Source: the human T2T-CHM13v2.0 reference genome, Homo sapiens. From it: a stretch of 64,000 nucleotides of DNA. Location of the stretch: assembly GCF_009914755.1 (NCBI RefSeq), contig NC_060940.1; one strand, written 5' to 3'. A model generated the notes under the pieces. That model was given only the letters and a program-made list of their open reading frames with translations. It made no database searches and was not told the DNA's origin. The translations under genes were made by a program, and so were the position numbers. This document shows, piece by piece, positions 43,401-58,867 of this stretch (positions are counted from its first letter, which is position 1; every line of letters begins with the position of its first letter).

Positions 43401-44509
43401 ACTTAAAACCCTAAGAATAACTTGGATGTCTTTGCAGATTCTTCTTGCAGTACCGTATTCAGGGCACTGAAGGCATACTCTTTATTGTTTATTTACTTAT
43501 GTTTTGGGCAGCGATATCATTTTTTTCTTTTTTTTTTCTTAAATGTGAAGTGCTGGAGGTGGGAGGTGGGTGGGTACTGAGTGGAGAAAAAATGCCTTTT
43601 ATGGATTGTCTGTTAAGCCTTGTGAAGTTGGAGCTATGTCTCAGTGCCAGACAACTGTGCCTGCTGACTTAATGGCTCTGAAAGATGACAAGGCTTAAAA
43701 AATCGACTGTCACTGCAGCACTTGGAACAGATTGAAATAGAGCACTTGAGTCATCTGTTAACGTTGCCACTCTGGGCCCCTGTCATGCAATGCCCAGTTA
43801 GAGGCAGGAATGTATTTTAAAAAAAACTTTGATTCAATTCTGATGGCTAAGGTGCCCTGTCTCAGGTGAGGGGACTGTGGGATGGACACTGCTGCTTGGC
43901 AAATACCCAACTTCCAGTAGCTGCTTTGCAGCTGAAGGGTGCAGCTGGGTTGCTGTGGTTAGTAAACAGTGATGTTCCCAGTAGAGCTCATGACAAGGGC
44001 TAGGAGATATATACTGTACTGTCTGCAATGCCCCTGTATCTACTCTGTTTGAAATAATCCTATAATCCTTGGCATGCCACATAGCCCAGTGCCCACATGT
44101 GTTCCCAATGCTTGTACATCTGTACCTACAGCCCCACCCACAGCCTCCTGCCAGACTATCTCTAACCCAAACTTCACACCAAGCCTTGTCTAGAACTCAC
44201 CTCCAATGTTATGGAAATTATTAAGAGCATGGGGTTTAGAATCAGAGGAGCTCTAAATGGAAAGTCCCCACTGTTCCAAAGGTACATAAAACAAACCCAC
44301 ACAAACTGAAGAATGCCTGACTGCATCGAATCAGGATGTCAGCGGAAGCCAGTATAGCTCAGATGGTATATTTGGGTTTCTTAAGTATTACTGTGTAAGA
44401 GGTGCAATGTGTGTTTTGTTGAACAAGGTGGACAAGGGCCTTTGGGAGGTAGAGGTGGGTTTACAGATATGATGGCAGGTAGGGCTGGAGGGCAAATGTA
44501 TGAGAAGAC

Positions 44510-44680
44510 CAATTGGCTTTGAATCCAGCTCCATTAACTACCAGCTGTGTGACCTTGGACAAGTTACTACCTAACCTCTCTGTCCTTCTATTTCCCCACC
44601 AGCTCTAAAATGTCGAGATGAATAATAGTATCTAACTTTTGGGTTGCCATAAAGATTAGATCAGTCAGAAGTGCAAGTGT
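44510..44680 (+). mobile_element. MIR
   Basis: accagctgtgtgaccttggacaagttact...aacctctctgtcct. Confidence 0.75.
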
Positions 44681-45600
44681 CTGCCACTGTGTTAGTTCTC
44701 AGAGAACTTTAGTTAAAAAAAGAAAACCAATAAACAGAATGTAGGATCTTATTTTCAACCCAGGAAGATGGAGAGAATTGGTACAAGCGGAGGTAGCTAG
44801 ATGATATGGAATAGGAAGTCCCATGAGCTTCTATAGCCATTAGCCTGGGGGAATTGATAACCTTGTCTTATATGAAGTATCATGACAGCCCCAATGGGTA
44901 CTATTGACCAGAAAGAAAATCTGTAATACTGGAAGAGGGAAATGCAGTAGGGAAAAAAATATGTTTGTAAAAAGTAATTTATACAAGGTTTGATGGTTTG
45001 GCGGTGCCACTTGAGGAATGTTCTGCATGTTATCTGGGTTTCTACTATGGAAGTATAGGAATATTAGTGAGTTTGAAAGGACAAGTCTTGATTGGAAAGA
45101 GAGCTGAAGACTACCATGAGATGAAGAGGAAGCTCTGGGGAATTTCTTTCTATAATCATAAGAATGAGGTAAGACAAGGACACAGCTGAAGTTCATCCAT
45201 ATGGAACAGAAGGCCCAGGTCTTGTCAAGTTGTGTGGATACCACTCCCAGATTACAAAGACTGGCTTCCCATTAATGAAATTATACCGACACGTGTCACA
45301 AGCTAATGAAGAAAATGTTAACCACAAGCAGGACAAAATGTGGACTTGCCTGATCCACTGTGAGAGAGGGTCTGCAGGGAAATTTGGGAGGGGCTCATAG
45401 AGAACAGTGAGATCACAAGCAGAAGGCTAGCGCCATGCATAGTGGATATGGAATGGGCGGCAGCATTCTGTAGAGCATCTTGGAGGGTATGTTTAACTGA
45501 CATCATATTTTGAACCCAATAGTATAGTAATTTGGGGAAAATTAATAGAAGAACCCATACATGTACAGACACACACACACACACACACAAAGATATGTAA

Positions 45601-45945
<345 letters not shown>

Positions 45946-45962
45946 GATCAACATACTTTTTA

Positions 45963-46589
<627 letters not shown>

Positions 46590-47297
46590 TTATCTCCAGC
46601 ATACCAGCGAGGGAACCAAGGCACAATAGCTGCTATGTGGTAGCGTCAGAATTGGAAAAAAAGCCTGGGGGCTGAGTATGCCACCGTCTTATCCTTTACT
46701 ATTTCTTTTATAGAAACAAAAATCAGAACTGCAGGTGTAAATCATTCATACTTCAGTTGTTTTTGGTTATTTCCCCATTTGGAGCAAAATGTATATAGTT
46801 CTCATTCCTTGGTGGAGACTATATAATTCTAAATAAATCTTTTTGTGGTCTTCGTAAAGTCTTGCACTGAAAAATCCCTCCAGGTATAGTAATCGGTGGA
46901 AATCTTGGCAGGGTGGACCCTATTTATTCTGCTATTGTAGTGAAAATTCTGTTGCCCAAGCAACATATCTGAACAGCCTACTTCACAGATCCATTAAGAT
47001 GTCTCAGGCACATCAGATTAATATGTCCAAGGCTGGACTGAAATATGTTCTGAAGCTTTTTTTTTTTTTTCCATCGGTGGCACCACTGTCCTGGTCACTC
47101 AGGATATGAGCCTGGGATCCTTGATGTCTTCTCTCTCTTTCAATTTCCACACGTATGTCCAGTTGGGCATCAAGTCATTGGGTGCTAGTTCTTAAATGGC
47201 CCTCAGACAGGGCTTTAGTTCCATCCCTACTGCCTCTACCCCAGTTCTGGCCCTCTCAGACTCATGACAATTGCAACAGCCATTTTCTAACTGGTGA

Positions 47298-47638
<341 letters not shown>

Positions 47639-47699
47639 AATGTTTTCTTTCTTTTTCTTTTTCATTTTATTGTTTTCCTCAATTAACTGTTTTGATTTC

Positions 47700-48950
47700 T
47701 GTTGCCTTTTGAAAAACCTTGGGAGGCATGCACTTTGATTGTAATCCCATCAGTAAATACCTTTAAAATTTAAAAATAAAAAATTAAACCTATAAAATGA
47801 TCAAAATCAATTTCAGAACTACAATTTAGGGGGTCTTCTTTCTATAGAAGATAAGAAATTAGTTTTGAGACTTTTCCCTTCCCCAGTCTCTGTGATTTTA
47901 ATTCCATCACTTTTTAAAATTATTTAAAAAACCATTTGGAGGGAAATCAACTTTGTATCCATACTAAAACAATATAGAGTTATTGTGTCTATTCCACTGT
48001 ATCCACACTGAAACAGTATTTTGGAGTTATTGTGTCTATTCTATTAAACTTGGCTTCAGTACTCACAACATGTTCTTTTTGGCCACTGTTTCCTTATTCT
48101 TGAGTATTTATCTTTGATTGCTATTTCATTTTTCTGGTGTGGGTCTTCAAGAACTTTATTCAGGATGGATCTTTGCATGCCAATGTTTCAGAAAACTCTT
48201 TGATGACTTCTCCCCAAATGACAACTTGGCTGGACATAGAAATCTTTGGTCATAACTCTTTAGTGCTTTGTAAATAATGCTTCATTTTTTTTTTGTTCTA
48301 TCATTTAGTATTGCAGAATGCAAGTCTGAAGCCAACATGATATTGCTCCCTGAATACTTGTTGGCGTTAACTTTTTCCCAATTATTTCTACATGTGGATC
48401 TTATTTGCCTAAGCAAAAGTCCAGTCTTCATTTTCAAGCTATTGTCTTCATTTAGATCCAGAGTTCCTCTTCTTTTATTTGGTAGTGTGTTTTCTCCTTT
48501 TGAGATTTGTTATTTGTTTTTGGGTTTGCTCATACTTTTTGTCACTTTGCTATTTCCTCCGAGTTTAGTGCGAGAGGGGAGTGAGTTTTCTCAAGTGTAT
48601 CTTCACTGATTCTGTCTTCTGTGTGGCCTTCTCTCCTATGTGCAACCTCCAAAGTGGCTTCTAATTAGATTATTGTGCTTTTCATCTTTAGATAATCCTT
48701 CCTGACCTACAATTAATTTCTCATTATGACTACACGCTCCAGTTCCATAGATTAAAAAGACTTATTGGATCTTGTTGAGATCACACATCAAATATTAAAA
48801 AGGTGCTTTTCTCTTTCCCTTCCGCTCTCTCACCTTTATCTTCCTCTTCTTCTTCCTCTTTCTTTTTCTTCTCTTTTGTTTTTGGGCAGTAAGTTAGTTT
48901 TCCTTGACTCTATAGAGAGGTTTCCTTCCTTTGAACTGCAAAATGTTTTT
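47700..48950 (-). mobile_element. Highly degraded ancient L1M (ORF1-proximal) fragment
   Basis: T-rich; gacaacttggctggacatagaaatcttt...aagtctgaagccaa resembles old L1 ORF1 antisense. Confidence 0.45.
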
Positions 48951-49419
48951 CTATGCCTCATACTTCTCTTATTTCCCCAGATGGTTATAAGAGGAACCTT
49001 CCAGTCCACACTTAAGGAGAAAAGGCAAAACAAAACCCAGAGGAATTCAGAAGCTTAGGAGGTATTGAGCCTGGTGGGGAGAGAAGACTTAAGAATAATG
49101 GAAGGAATAGAGTCTTTGGGAGACCCCTGTATGGGGCTTTGTCATAGATGCTACAAACGAAACCCAAGTCTCTCTATGCTACATCCTGGACCCAGAGGTG
49201 TCATGTGTATAACACAAGGTATAAAAGATGACAGAGGTTTTCCCCAACAATATAAAAGGATCTCACCAAACATGGATCTGCAAAGAAAAGGTTTTACTCC
49301 ATCAATCACCAGTTGAGAGTTGGTTCAGCCAGGAAGTCCTGAGTTTGGGTTTTGAAACCCACTCTCCCATCCCTGCTCATCTAGGGAAGCCGGATTCTAA
49401 GCTTAGTCTTCAGCCCTTT

Positions 49420-49990
49420 TAAGTATACCCAAAAATATGTTCAGTGACACTGCTGTAGGTGCCAGGGCTACAGTGGTGAGTCTTTGCTCTCAAGGAGATT
49501 ACAATTTATGGGGTACTAGTTGGACGTTAATCTAAGAATGATACTAATAAATGCAAATAAAGGCTAATTACAAATTGGGAGTGTGTAACTGGGAGCGGGC
49601 AGGGAGATCTGGGATGCTTCCTAGAGGAAGTGATATTTGAGCTGTGATCTGAAGGGTGAGTAGGAATTAAGTGAACTAAGTGGGTGGGGATGGGGAGGGA
49701 AGGGCACACAAGGCAGAGGATGTTTGCAAGCTAAGTATTCCCAGTGGGAGGAAGCGGGGACTATTTGAGGAATCTGAATAAACAGCTCCTGTGGTTGGAG
49801 TGCAGGTGCAGGAGGAAGGCTGCAGGGTAGGTGGGGGGAGGCAGAGGTCCAGATGCTGTGTCATAATTATGGGCCTAGGTTTCCTCTTGAGAGCAAGGTT
49901 GGGGGGCCCTGGAAGGGCTTCCTTGAAGGGTGGAGCTGGAAGGGAGGAATGACTCATTCAGATTCTGCCTTTTGGTAAAGTTAATTCTAG
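49420..49990 (-). mobile_element. L2 fragment
   Basis: gcttcctagaggaagtgatatttgagctgtgatctgaagggtgagtagga. Confidence 0.7.
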
Positions 49991-50318
49991 AATCACAGAC
50001 TCTCCTGGCTGGGGGAGCAGGTAATGAGGGGGAGGAGGAATAGATTAAGAAACACCTACCAGCACATGAGCATCAGCTGTGCCCTTGTAGAAGGGAGTGG
50101 TGTTTTTTGTTTTGTTTTGTTTTGTTTTTTTAACTTCCTTTGTGAAAACCAGGTGGTTTGTCCAAGCATCGGTCAGGATGGGTTGGGGAAATTGGTTACT
50201 TATTTGGGCTTCTTATCCACCCCTTCTTCGTAGGGTGGGGGAGGACAACCTCCCCTGCTGAATCCATGGAATTTAGTCCATGGGGCTGGTCACAGCCCAA
50301 GGAAGCCTGTGCTACAGG

Positions 50319-51053
50319 TGTAACCACCCAAAGGGTTCATTTTGCCCACTGCCCAGATAGGGCCAATTTCTCAAGACAGGTGAATTGCAATAGAGAAAGA
50401 GTTTAATTCATGCAGAGTCGGCTGAATAGGAGACTGGAGTTTTATTATTACTCAAATCAGTCTCCCTGAAAATTTGGAGACTGACCAGAGTTTTTAAAGG
50501 GTGATTTGGTGGGTAGGGGTCCAGGGACTGGGGAGTGCTGAAGCCGATTCGTACGGTCAGATGAAATCAGCTGAGTTGAAGCTGTCTTCTTGCACTGAGT
50601 TGGTTCCTGGATGGGGGCCACAAGACCAGATGAGCCATTTCTTTGATCTGGGTGGCACCAGCTAATTCATTGAGTGGAGGGTCTGAAAAATATCTTGAGC
50701 ACCAATCTTAGGTTTTACAATAGTGATGTTATCCCTAGGAGCAATTGGGGAATTTCAAAATCTTGTGGCCTCCAGCTGTGTGACTCCTAAACCATAATTT
50801 CTAATCTTGTGGCTAATTTGTTACCTTACAAAGGCAGTTTGGTCCCCAAGCAAGAAGGGTGTTTGTTTTGGGAAAGGGCTTCTATACTCTTTGTTTCAAA
50901 GTTAAACTATAATAAGTTCAACCCAAAGTAATTTGGCCTATGCCCAGGAGTGAACAAGGACAGCTTGGAGGTTAGAAGCAAAATGGAGTCAGGTCAGATC
51001 TTTTTCACTGTCATAATTTTCTGACTGTTAAAGTTTTTGCAAAGGTGGTTTCA
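50319..51053 (-). mobile_element. LTR8-family (LTR8A-like, ERV1) solo LTR
   Basis: TG...CA ends, perfect 4-bp TSD cagg (50315-50318, 51054-51057); ttttgcaaaggtggtttca is the LTR8 5' end antisense. Confidence 0.88.
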
Positions 51054-51397
51054 CAGGAACCAAGCCTCTCACCCTGCCCTTGCCTGCAGCCCAAACCCCT
51101 CCAACTTAGAAGATACTTCAGGGACTGGGGGGTGGATGGATGTTTCTAGCAGGTTCTCCCCATTATGTCCCCAGTACACCACCTTTTCCAGAAGGGTAAT
51201 GGCATATCAGACTTCAAAGAACTCTTTTAGTCTGGTTTTGTCCACACTGCACTGTGCAGAAATTCCTTGAAACTCCTGCTATGTCACTTGCATCCCATCT
51301 GTGTCTTCTATTAACCACCGGTGAGTGGAGGAGCTAGAAAGCTGTGCTCACACACACAAAATAGATCTTTTGAAATGAACCTCTAAATAGCCTTTCC

Positions 51398-51620
51398 CAG
51401 ACCAGTCTGGGCAACATAGCAAGAAACTCTCTCTACAAAAAATTTTTAAACATTATCCAGGCATGGTGTCCTGTGGCTGTAGTCCCAGCTACTCAGGAGG
51501 CTGAGGCAGGAGGATTGCTTGAGCCTAGGAGTTCAAGGCTGCAGGGAGCCATGCTTATGCCACTGCACTTCAGCCTGGGCAACAGAGCAAAACTCAAACA
51601 ACAACAACAACCAAAAAACA
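51398..51620 (+). mobile_element. Partial AluJ
   Basis: Starts mid-left-monomer at agaccagtctgggcaacatagc; (CAA)n/(CAC)n tail. Confidence 0.85.
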
Positions 51621-52317
51621 CCACCACCACCACCAACAAAAAACCTTTCCAAAAAAGTAAACCAGTTTATATTGCTCAAAACAATAAGCAAGAATGCCTG
51701 CTCTGTTCCTTTGCTGGGTATTTTTGGGACGTCTGCTACTTTTTGGGATGAAAATATTGTATCTTATTCCTTGGATTTGCGCTTCCTTCTGTGAGCTTGC
51801 TTGTGAATCCTGTTTTCTCTTTCATCAATGTCTGTTCAGGCTGCAGTGGGTTAATTTAAAATGGCAGGTCTCCCTGCAGGGGAGATACAACTAATTACAC
51901 TGGCTCTGGGAGATCTCTGAGCTCATTCCAAGGTAGATCAGAGACGACTTTTGAAAATGTATTCATTGCTGGGTGGCTTTTGCAGGAGAAATGAGGGAGG
52001 GACCTGTTCTTCTTCAGGACTAATTGGTTGGCCATGTGCAATGTGAAAAGTAGTTCTTGGAATCTGTTCTGTTGTAGGTTTTTATTTTTTATTCTATAGC
52101 CGAGAGACTTGTTATCACTAGAAAATTCGATAAATTAATGGACTCTGAAAATCAATAAAATAATTAACAGGACATTTCTGGGTGAAAAGAATTTTTTAAA
52201 ATTGGAAGTTAATATGACTGATGACAGGGGTTAAGCAGGTGACAGAGTGAGGCCAGCCGGGTCGCGGAAGGGAATAGTCAGGGTGTCACTGAGGAGAATC
52301 CGAAAGTGGATTTCCTG

Positions 52318-53415
52318 ATAATGGGATTGCTGGGTTGAGTCGTAGCTCTCTTTTAAGTTCTTTGAGATATCGTCACATTGCTTTTCACAATGGCTGAACT
52401 AATTTACATTCCCATCAGCAGTGTAGAAGCATTCCCTTTTGTCCACAACCTTGCCAGCATCTGTTATTTTTTGACTTTTTCATAACCATTCTGACTGATG
52501 TGAGATGGTATCTCACTGTGGTTTTGATTTGCATTTCTCTAATAATTAGTGATGTTAAACAGTTTTTCATATGCGTAGGAAAATAAATCATTCTACCAGA
52601 AAGACAGATGCATGCGTATATTCGTTGCAGCACTAGTCACAGTAGCAAAGACAAGGAATCAACCTAAATGCTCATCAGTGGTAGACTGGATAAAGAGAAT
52701 GTGGTACATATATACCATGGAATATTATGCAGTCATCGAAAAGAATGAGATCATGTCCTTTGCAGCAACATGGTTGGAGCTGGAGGCCATTATCCTAAGC
52801 AAATTAATGCAGGAACAGAAAACCAAATACCACATGTTCTTACTTATAAGTGGGAGCTAAATGTTGAGAACACCTGGACACAAAGAAGAGAACAACAGAC
52901 ACCAGGGCCTACTTGTGGGTGGAGGGTAGGAGGAGGATTAGAATGGAAAAACTATTTATGTGGTACTATGCTTATTACCTAGATGATGAAATAATCTGTA
53001 CACCAAATAACCGTGACATGCGATTTACCAATATAACAAACCCGTGGGCTGGGCACGATGGCTCACACCTGTAATCCCAGCACTTTGGGAGGCCTAGGTG
53101 GGCGGATCATGAGGTCAGGAGTTCGAGACCAGCCTAGCCCACATGGTGAAACCCTGTCTCTACTAAAAATACGAAAATTAGCTGGGCGTGGTGGCGGGCG
53201 CCTGTAATCCCAGCTACTCGGGAGGCTGAGGTGGGAGAATTGCTTGTGAACCCAGGAGGCGGAGGTTGCAGTGAGCTGAGATTGCACCATTGCACTCCAG
53301 ACTGGGTGACAAGAGTGCAACTCTGTCTAAAACAAAAAGCAAAAAACAAACAAAACAAAACAAAACAAAACCCGTGCACGTAACCCTGAACCTAAAATAA
53401 GAGTGTTTTAAAACA
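52318..53415 (+). mobile_element. L1PA15/16-like element with 5' inversion (twin priming)
   Basis: Antisense ORF2 at 52318-52575, then sense ORF2 end and 3' UTR; degenerate TSD gaaagtggatttcctg / gaaagcatatttcctg. Confidence 0.85.
53047..53367 (+). mobile_element. AluS-type SINE inserted in the L1 3' UTR
   Basis: TSD aaacccgtg at 53038-53046 and 53368-53376. Confidence 0.95.
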
Positions 53416-53631
53416 GAAAGCATATTTCCTGTCAGCTGCAGCTGACTCTAGCCATGTTGGAATGTGGGCCTAGTGTTGTCTTTCAGACTTTTTCCAATGA
53501 AGCTGAAATTCTGGATATTTATGTGAAATTAGTTGGCAGCTAAATTCAAAATATGTATGAAGGCCAATCAAAGCACACACATTATAGCCGACCAGTTTGC
53601 AGCATAGAGTCTAGATTGCAGAGTGAAGAAA

Positions 53632-53922
53632 TTATTATTATTATTATTATTTTATTTTTATTTTTATTTTTGGAGACAGGGTCTCACTCTGTCAGCTCAC
53701 TGCAAACTCTGCCTCCCGGGTTCAAGCGATTCTCCTGCCTCAGTCTCCCGAGTAGCTGGGACTACAGGCAGCCGCCACCACGCTCGGCTAATTTTTGTAT
53801 TTTTAGTAGAGACAGGATTTCACCACGTTGGCCAGGCTGGTCTCAAACTCCTGACCTCAGGTGTTCCGCCTGCCTTGGCCTCCCAAAGTGCTGGGATTAC
53901 AGGTGTGAGCCACTGCGTCCGG
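53632..53922 (-). mobile_element. AluS-type SINE with internal deletion
   Basis: Antisense dimer; flanked by aagaaattatt on both sides. Confidence 0.92.
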
Positions 53923-54207
53923 CAAAGAAATTATTTTATCTCAGTGATTTACATCTACTTGGGACCCTCACAAAAGGAGGGAAGATTAAATATTGGGCCC
54001 CTCAACCTCAGGGCTTTGTTTTTCTTTCCGTATTGGGAGAAGACTGGTATTTTCAGAGCTCTGCTCCTGAAGGACTCGATAAGTAAAGTGTGGAAACATA
54101 ATCCATGTTTAACCCATCAACCTAACAGGGAGTGACCACTGGGGAAACCACCATGTGAGCCATCATGGGTGACAGCTCCAGCCTATCATTTTCTTAGCTG
54201 TACATGG

Positions 54208-54345
54208 GGTCCAGTGGAAGCTGTCATGTAAGGTTGTATAGGTTGTGTACTGTTTAACTGTAGACAGTCTAATTTATACTGCAGACTATGTAAATGACAA
54301 ACTGTGGGGTTGTGCAATGAAATCACACAAACCTTGTCAGACACC
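54208..54345. mobile_element. MER91-like MITE
   Basis: ggttgtataggttgtgtactg...gactatgtaaatg...ggggttgtgcaatg. Confidence 0.5.
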
Positions 54346-55990
54346 AGAATTCTCGTATTTAAGAATGGACAGTGATGTATACGTTTGGATGTATGCTTAG
54401 TATAACTGATGATATTTAGATTTAACTTTTTCACTTTAGTGTGAGCTTCTTGAGAGGAGGCAATTTGCCTCATTCATCCTTCTATTACTAGGAATCCACA
54501 CAGTGTTTGGCAAACTCTAGACAAAACAATTTTTTTCTGCATAAAATGTCCAGCAAGCAATTGAAAGTATGCTTTTGGAGACTGGGAAAAAGTTAGATTT
54601 GGAGGTGGAGATTTGTGACTCATCAGTGACTTCTTCAAGATATTGGAGTAACTGGCATTGGCGGGAGAACATGGGAGACAGGAACCTGGGGTGGTGGAGG
54701 AAGAGAGAATGTATTCATTAAGGAGGTTGAGGAGGAAGGGTGTGAGGTGTGCAATCAGGAGATATGTGGTCACAAAAAGCAAAAAATAAAAAACAACAAA
54801 CAACCCCCCCCATTACTGCATCCTCATGGTCAGCACATAATATTCTCAATAAATATCTGGCAAATAAATAAATGAACAAAATAGTGAACAATGGGCATTG
54901 CCAAGTCCTGTAGAGAAATCATGTAGAATGCAGATTGATGCAAGGTCATTGGGTTAAAGAGAGTCGTTTATAGTGACTCTATAGTCACTATAAATAGTCA
55001 TTTAGTGACTTTGAGAAGAGCAGTAGCGGTCTCACTAGAGTGATAGGGGCAGACCTTTGACTTGAGTGGGTTAAAAGAATGAGCTTAGCTGTCTCTTCTT
55101 CCAGAGAGCTGTGTGTGACTGCCTTAGTTGCCCCGTGACCTCCTGATTGAGTTTATGTTCATATATGCCCTGCTATAACACTCTGTATTCAACACCTAAT
55201 GAAATAATTATTACTCAGTATTACATTTGTTGGCACTTCTCTGTAGCCTTCATGAATCTGTAAGCTATGTGAGCACTGAGACTCTAACCTGATTCCTTTT
55301 ACATCAACCCTCATGGTTTAAGTAATGGTGTATAGTTAAGGTGTTCATAGATATTTTTTGAATAGCAATAACTAAGAAGACAGAGAAAAGTAACTGGCAT
55401 ACCATATAATAAATGTAGGCTTGAGAAACACACAAACCTAAATGGATGTAGAGTGGAAGGAAAAGTTGATTATTCCTGGTAGGGACATTACTAAGTTTCC
55501 ACAAGGAGATTCACAGAGATCTTTCACAGCAGAAACAGCTGAGAGAACAAAGTATCCATTTTGGACTTCTTAAAATGCCACTTAAAACACAGGGCCATGT
55601 TTTTCTACCTTTTTCAGACCTAAGAAATGAGAAGAATAACTTTCTCAGCAGTAAGAGTTTCTGAGGTAAGAGCAATCAGGGAGGTTTTGTAAGTCTGAGC
55701 TTCAATAAAATAAAACTGGAGGTTAGAATCCAACAGGGCTTCCGGCCAGCAAACAAATATTTATCGAACGTGGAAAAGTGTCCAAAATGTATTGCTAAAT
55801 AAACAGCAGGCTACAAAATAATATGTACCTTTTTAAAAATGCATTTTTCTTTTCCTTTCTGAAAACATGAGTATTTCTTAGAAATAAACAGATGTGTAGA
55901 AAATATTTGATCATGTCACTCCCCTGCTTTAAATCCCTCCATAGCTTTCCATTGCTTTGGAATAAAGTCCAAAATCCTTAGGCAGATTTA

Positions 55991-56752
<762 letters not shown>

Positions 56753-58134
56753 TGATGACCTGGATTTGCCTGTCTCTCTGCCATCTCCTGACCCTGCTTT
56801 CTCACCCCTGCACCACTCTGATCATGCATTCCCTCTTTCTCCAGCCATGCCGGACTTCTGCACATGCTCTACTGTTCTGGGACAGTCTTTTTTCTCCTTC
56901 CCCCACTGGCCTCCCAAATTCTTACACAAAGTTGAGATACCAGCTAAAATGTCACTTCCTTTCAACTCTCTCTGCTTCTCTGTTTAGTTATTCTGATTTA
57001 TATATTCTCTCAGCACATGGTACATCTTCTGCTTAAGTTCCCATGACACTGTTGTCATTTCTCCTTTAGCATCCACCTTGCTCATTAGATTGTGTTTTCG
57101 GCAACTTGCTCACTATGGTAGTCTTTATGTTTAGCACAGTGCCTGCAAGACCATAGGTGCTCCATAAAGATTTATAGAATGAATGAATGAATGAATGAAT
57201 GAATACGTTCAGGGGCTGCACAGAAAGGGAGAGCTCAAGGGTCTCATTCATTGGTCAGCCTTTGGGGATGGAATAGGTGGTGACAGTTATAAAGGGACCC
57301 AAGGGTCTAAAGCCTGAGAGAATAAAAGCCCAGGGAACCAGCCTGGGCTGGGAACAGTGGCACTAAGCTTTACACTAAAAGGCTGATCCCCGAAAAGGGG
57401 ATGTTTCAGTTAGGCCTTGAATGAAGAGACTGCCTGGGGAACTTGCACAGGTAAAGCCTATAGGGTGGAAAGTGTTTACTGTCCAGAGTGACAAAGGGCT
57501 TAGGGTGAGCAGAAATGGAGAAGAAGGGTATGATTAGTAAAGTGACATAGGACAAGATTGTAGGTCCAGATTGCAAAAGCCATTTAGCCAGTCACTTCGG
57601 GCTTTAGGAATCACAGAGCCATCCAAGATTGGTTTTGTTTTGTATGAATATTTAACAAGCAGCTTAATAATTGGAAACAATGCCAATTAGTTCTCTGTCA
57701 TCGTTTCCATGCCACGTTTGCAAATTCAGCACACACAGATATGCCATGAGCTATGTCAAAGAAAACCCAAAACATACAAACAGCTCATTTGATCTGAAAC
57801 TCTAAGCTCTTTTACTCAAAAAATGTTACAGGAAACAAGCTTATAAACGGTGTTTACAGGCAGTGTCATTTGGGAGCTAAAGCATTTCTGTTTTGCTGAA
57901 GCTCTTTAAAAAATTTATGGCAAGATCAACATTATAATGCCAATAAAGGGAATTTTAAAAAGGCTGAATAAATAAAGAAATGTAACCACTGGTTAAACAC
58001 AGGAGGATATGACGAGACTTGAGCTGAAGAATTGTTAGACTAGAAGAGCTTTTAAAAATTTTTAAACGAAAATAATATATGTTCATTGTAAAAAAAAAAA
58101 AGAGGGTGGAGGGGAAGAAACAAAACAATACAAA

Positions 58135-58430
58135 TAGTTTTTTTTCGTTTTTGTTTCTGAGATGGAGCCTTGCTCTGTCACCCAGGTTGGAGTGCAGAGG
58201 CGTGATTTTGGCTCATTGCAACCTCTGCCCCCAGGTTCAAGTGATCCTCCCACCTTAGCCTCCTGAGTAGCTGGCATTACAGGGACATGCCACCATGCCA
58301 GGCTGATTTTTGTATTTTTAGTAAAGACAGGATTTTACTGTGTTGAGCAGGCTAGTCTTGAACTCCTGACCTCATGTGCTCTGCCCGCCTTGGCCTCCCA
58401 AAGTGCTGGTGTGAGCCACTGCACCCGGTC
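58135..58430 (-). mobile_element. Alu (J or old S)
   Basis: Antisense dimer. Confidence 0.88.
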
Positions 58431-58570
58431 AAAATATTTCTTCTAGTAGTTACCTCCACATCTCTACATAATATGCAAAAACTGTTGTTTCTTGATTTAT
58501 CAATTGTGGACATTATGTATTGACTGCCAGCCATGACGGATGAGGATTTAACTAATTTTTCACTACATTC

Positions 58571-58867
<297 letters not shown>

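Larger units (their letters stand above)
52225..53603. mobile_element. MER102-like hAT element split by an L1
   Basis: Right part gggcctagtgttg...gaagctgaaattctggatatttatgtgaaatt...gttggcagctaaattcaaa...gaccagtttgc. Confidence 0.55.

Noticed and set aside
44820-45250. Possible CR1/L3 relic or coding exon
   Set aside because: Resemblance to L3 is too faint to call, and the ORFs show no recognisable protein features.
47954-48041. 18-bp direct repeat resembling a TSD
   Set aside because: Similarity extends upstream, so it is a ~45-bp diverged tandem duplication, not an insertion.
49682-49704. G-quadruplex motif GGGTGGGGATGGGGAGGGAAGGG (another near 8202-8230)
   Set aside because: Such motifs are very common; this one is in a decayed L2 with no supporting context.
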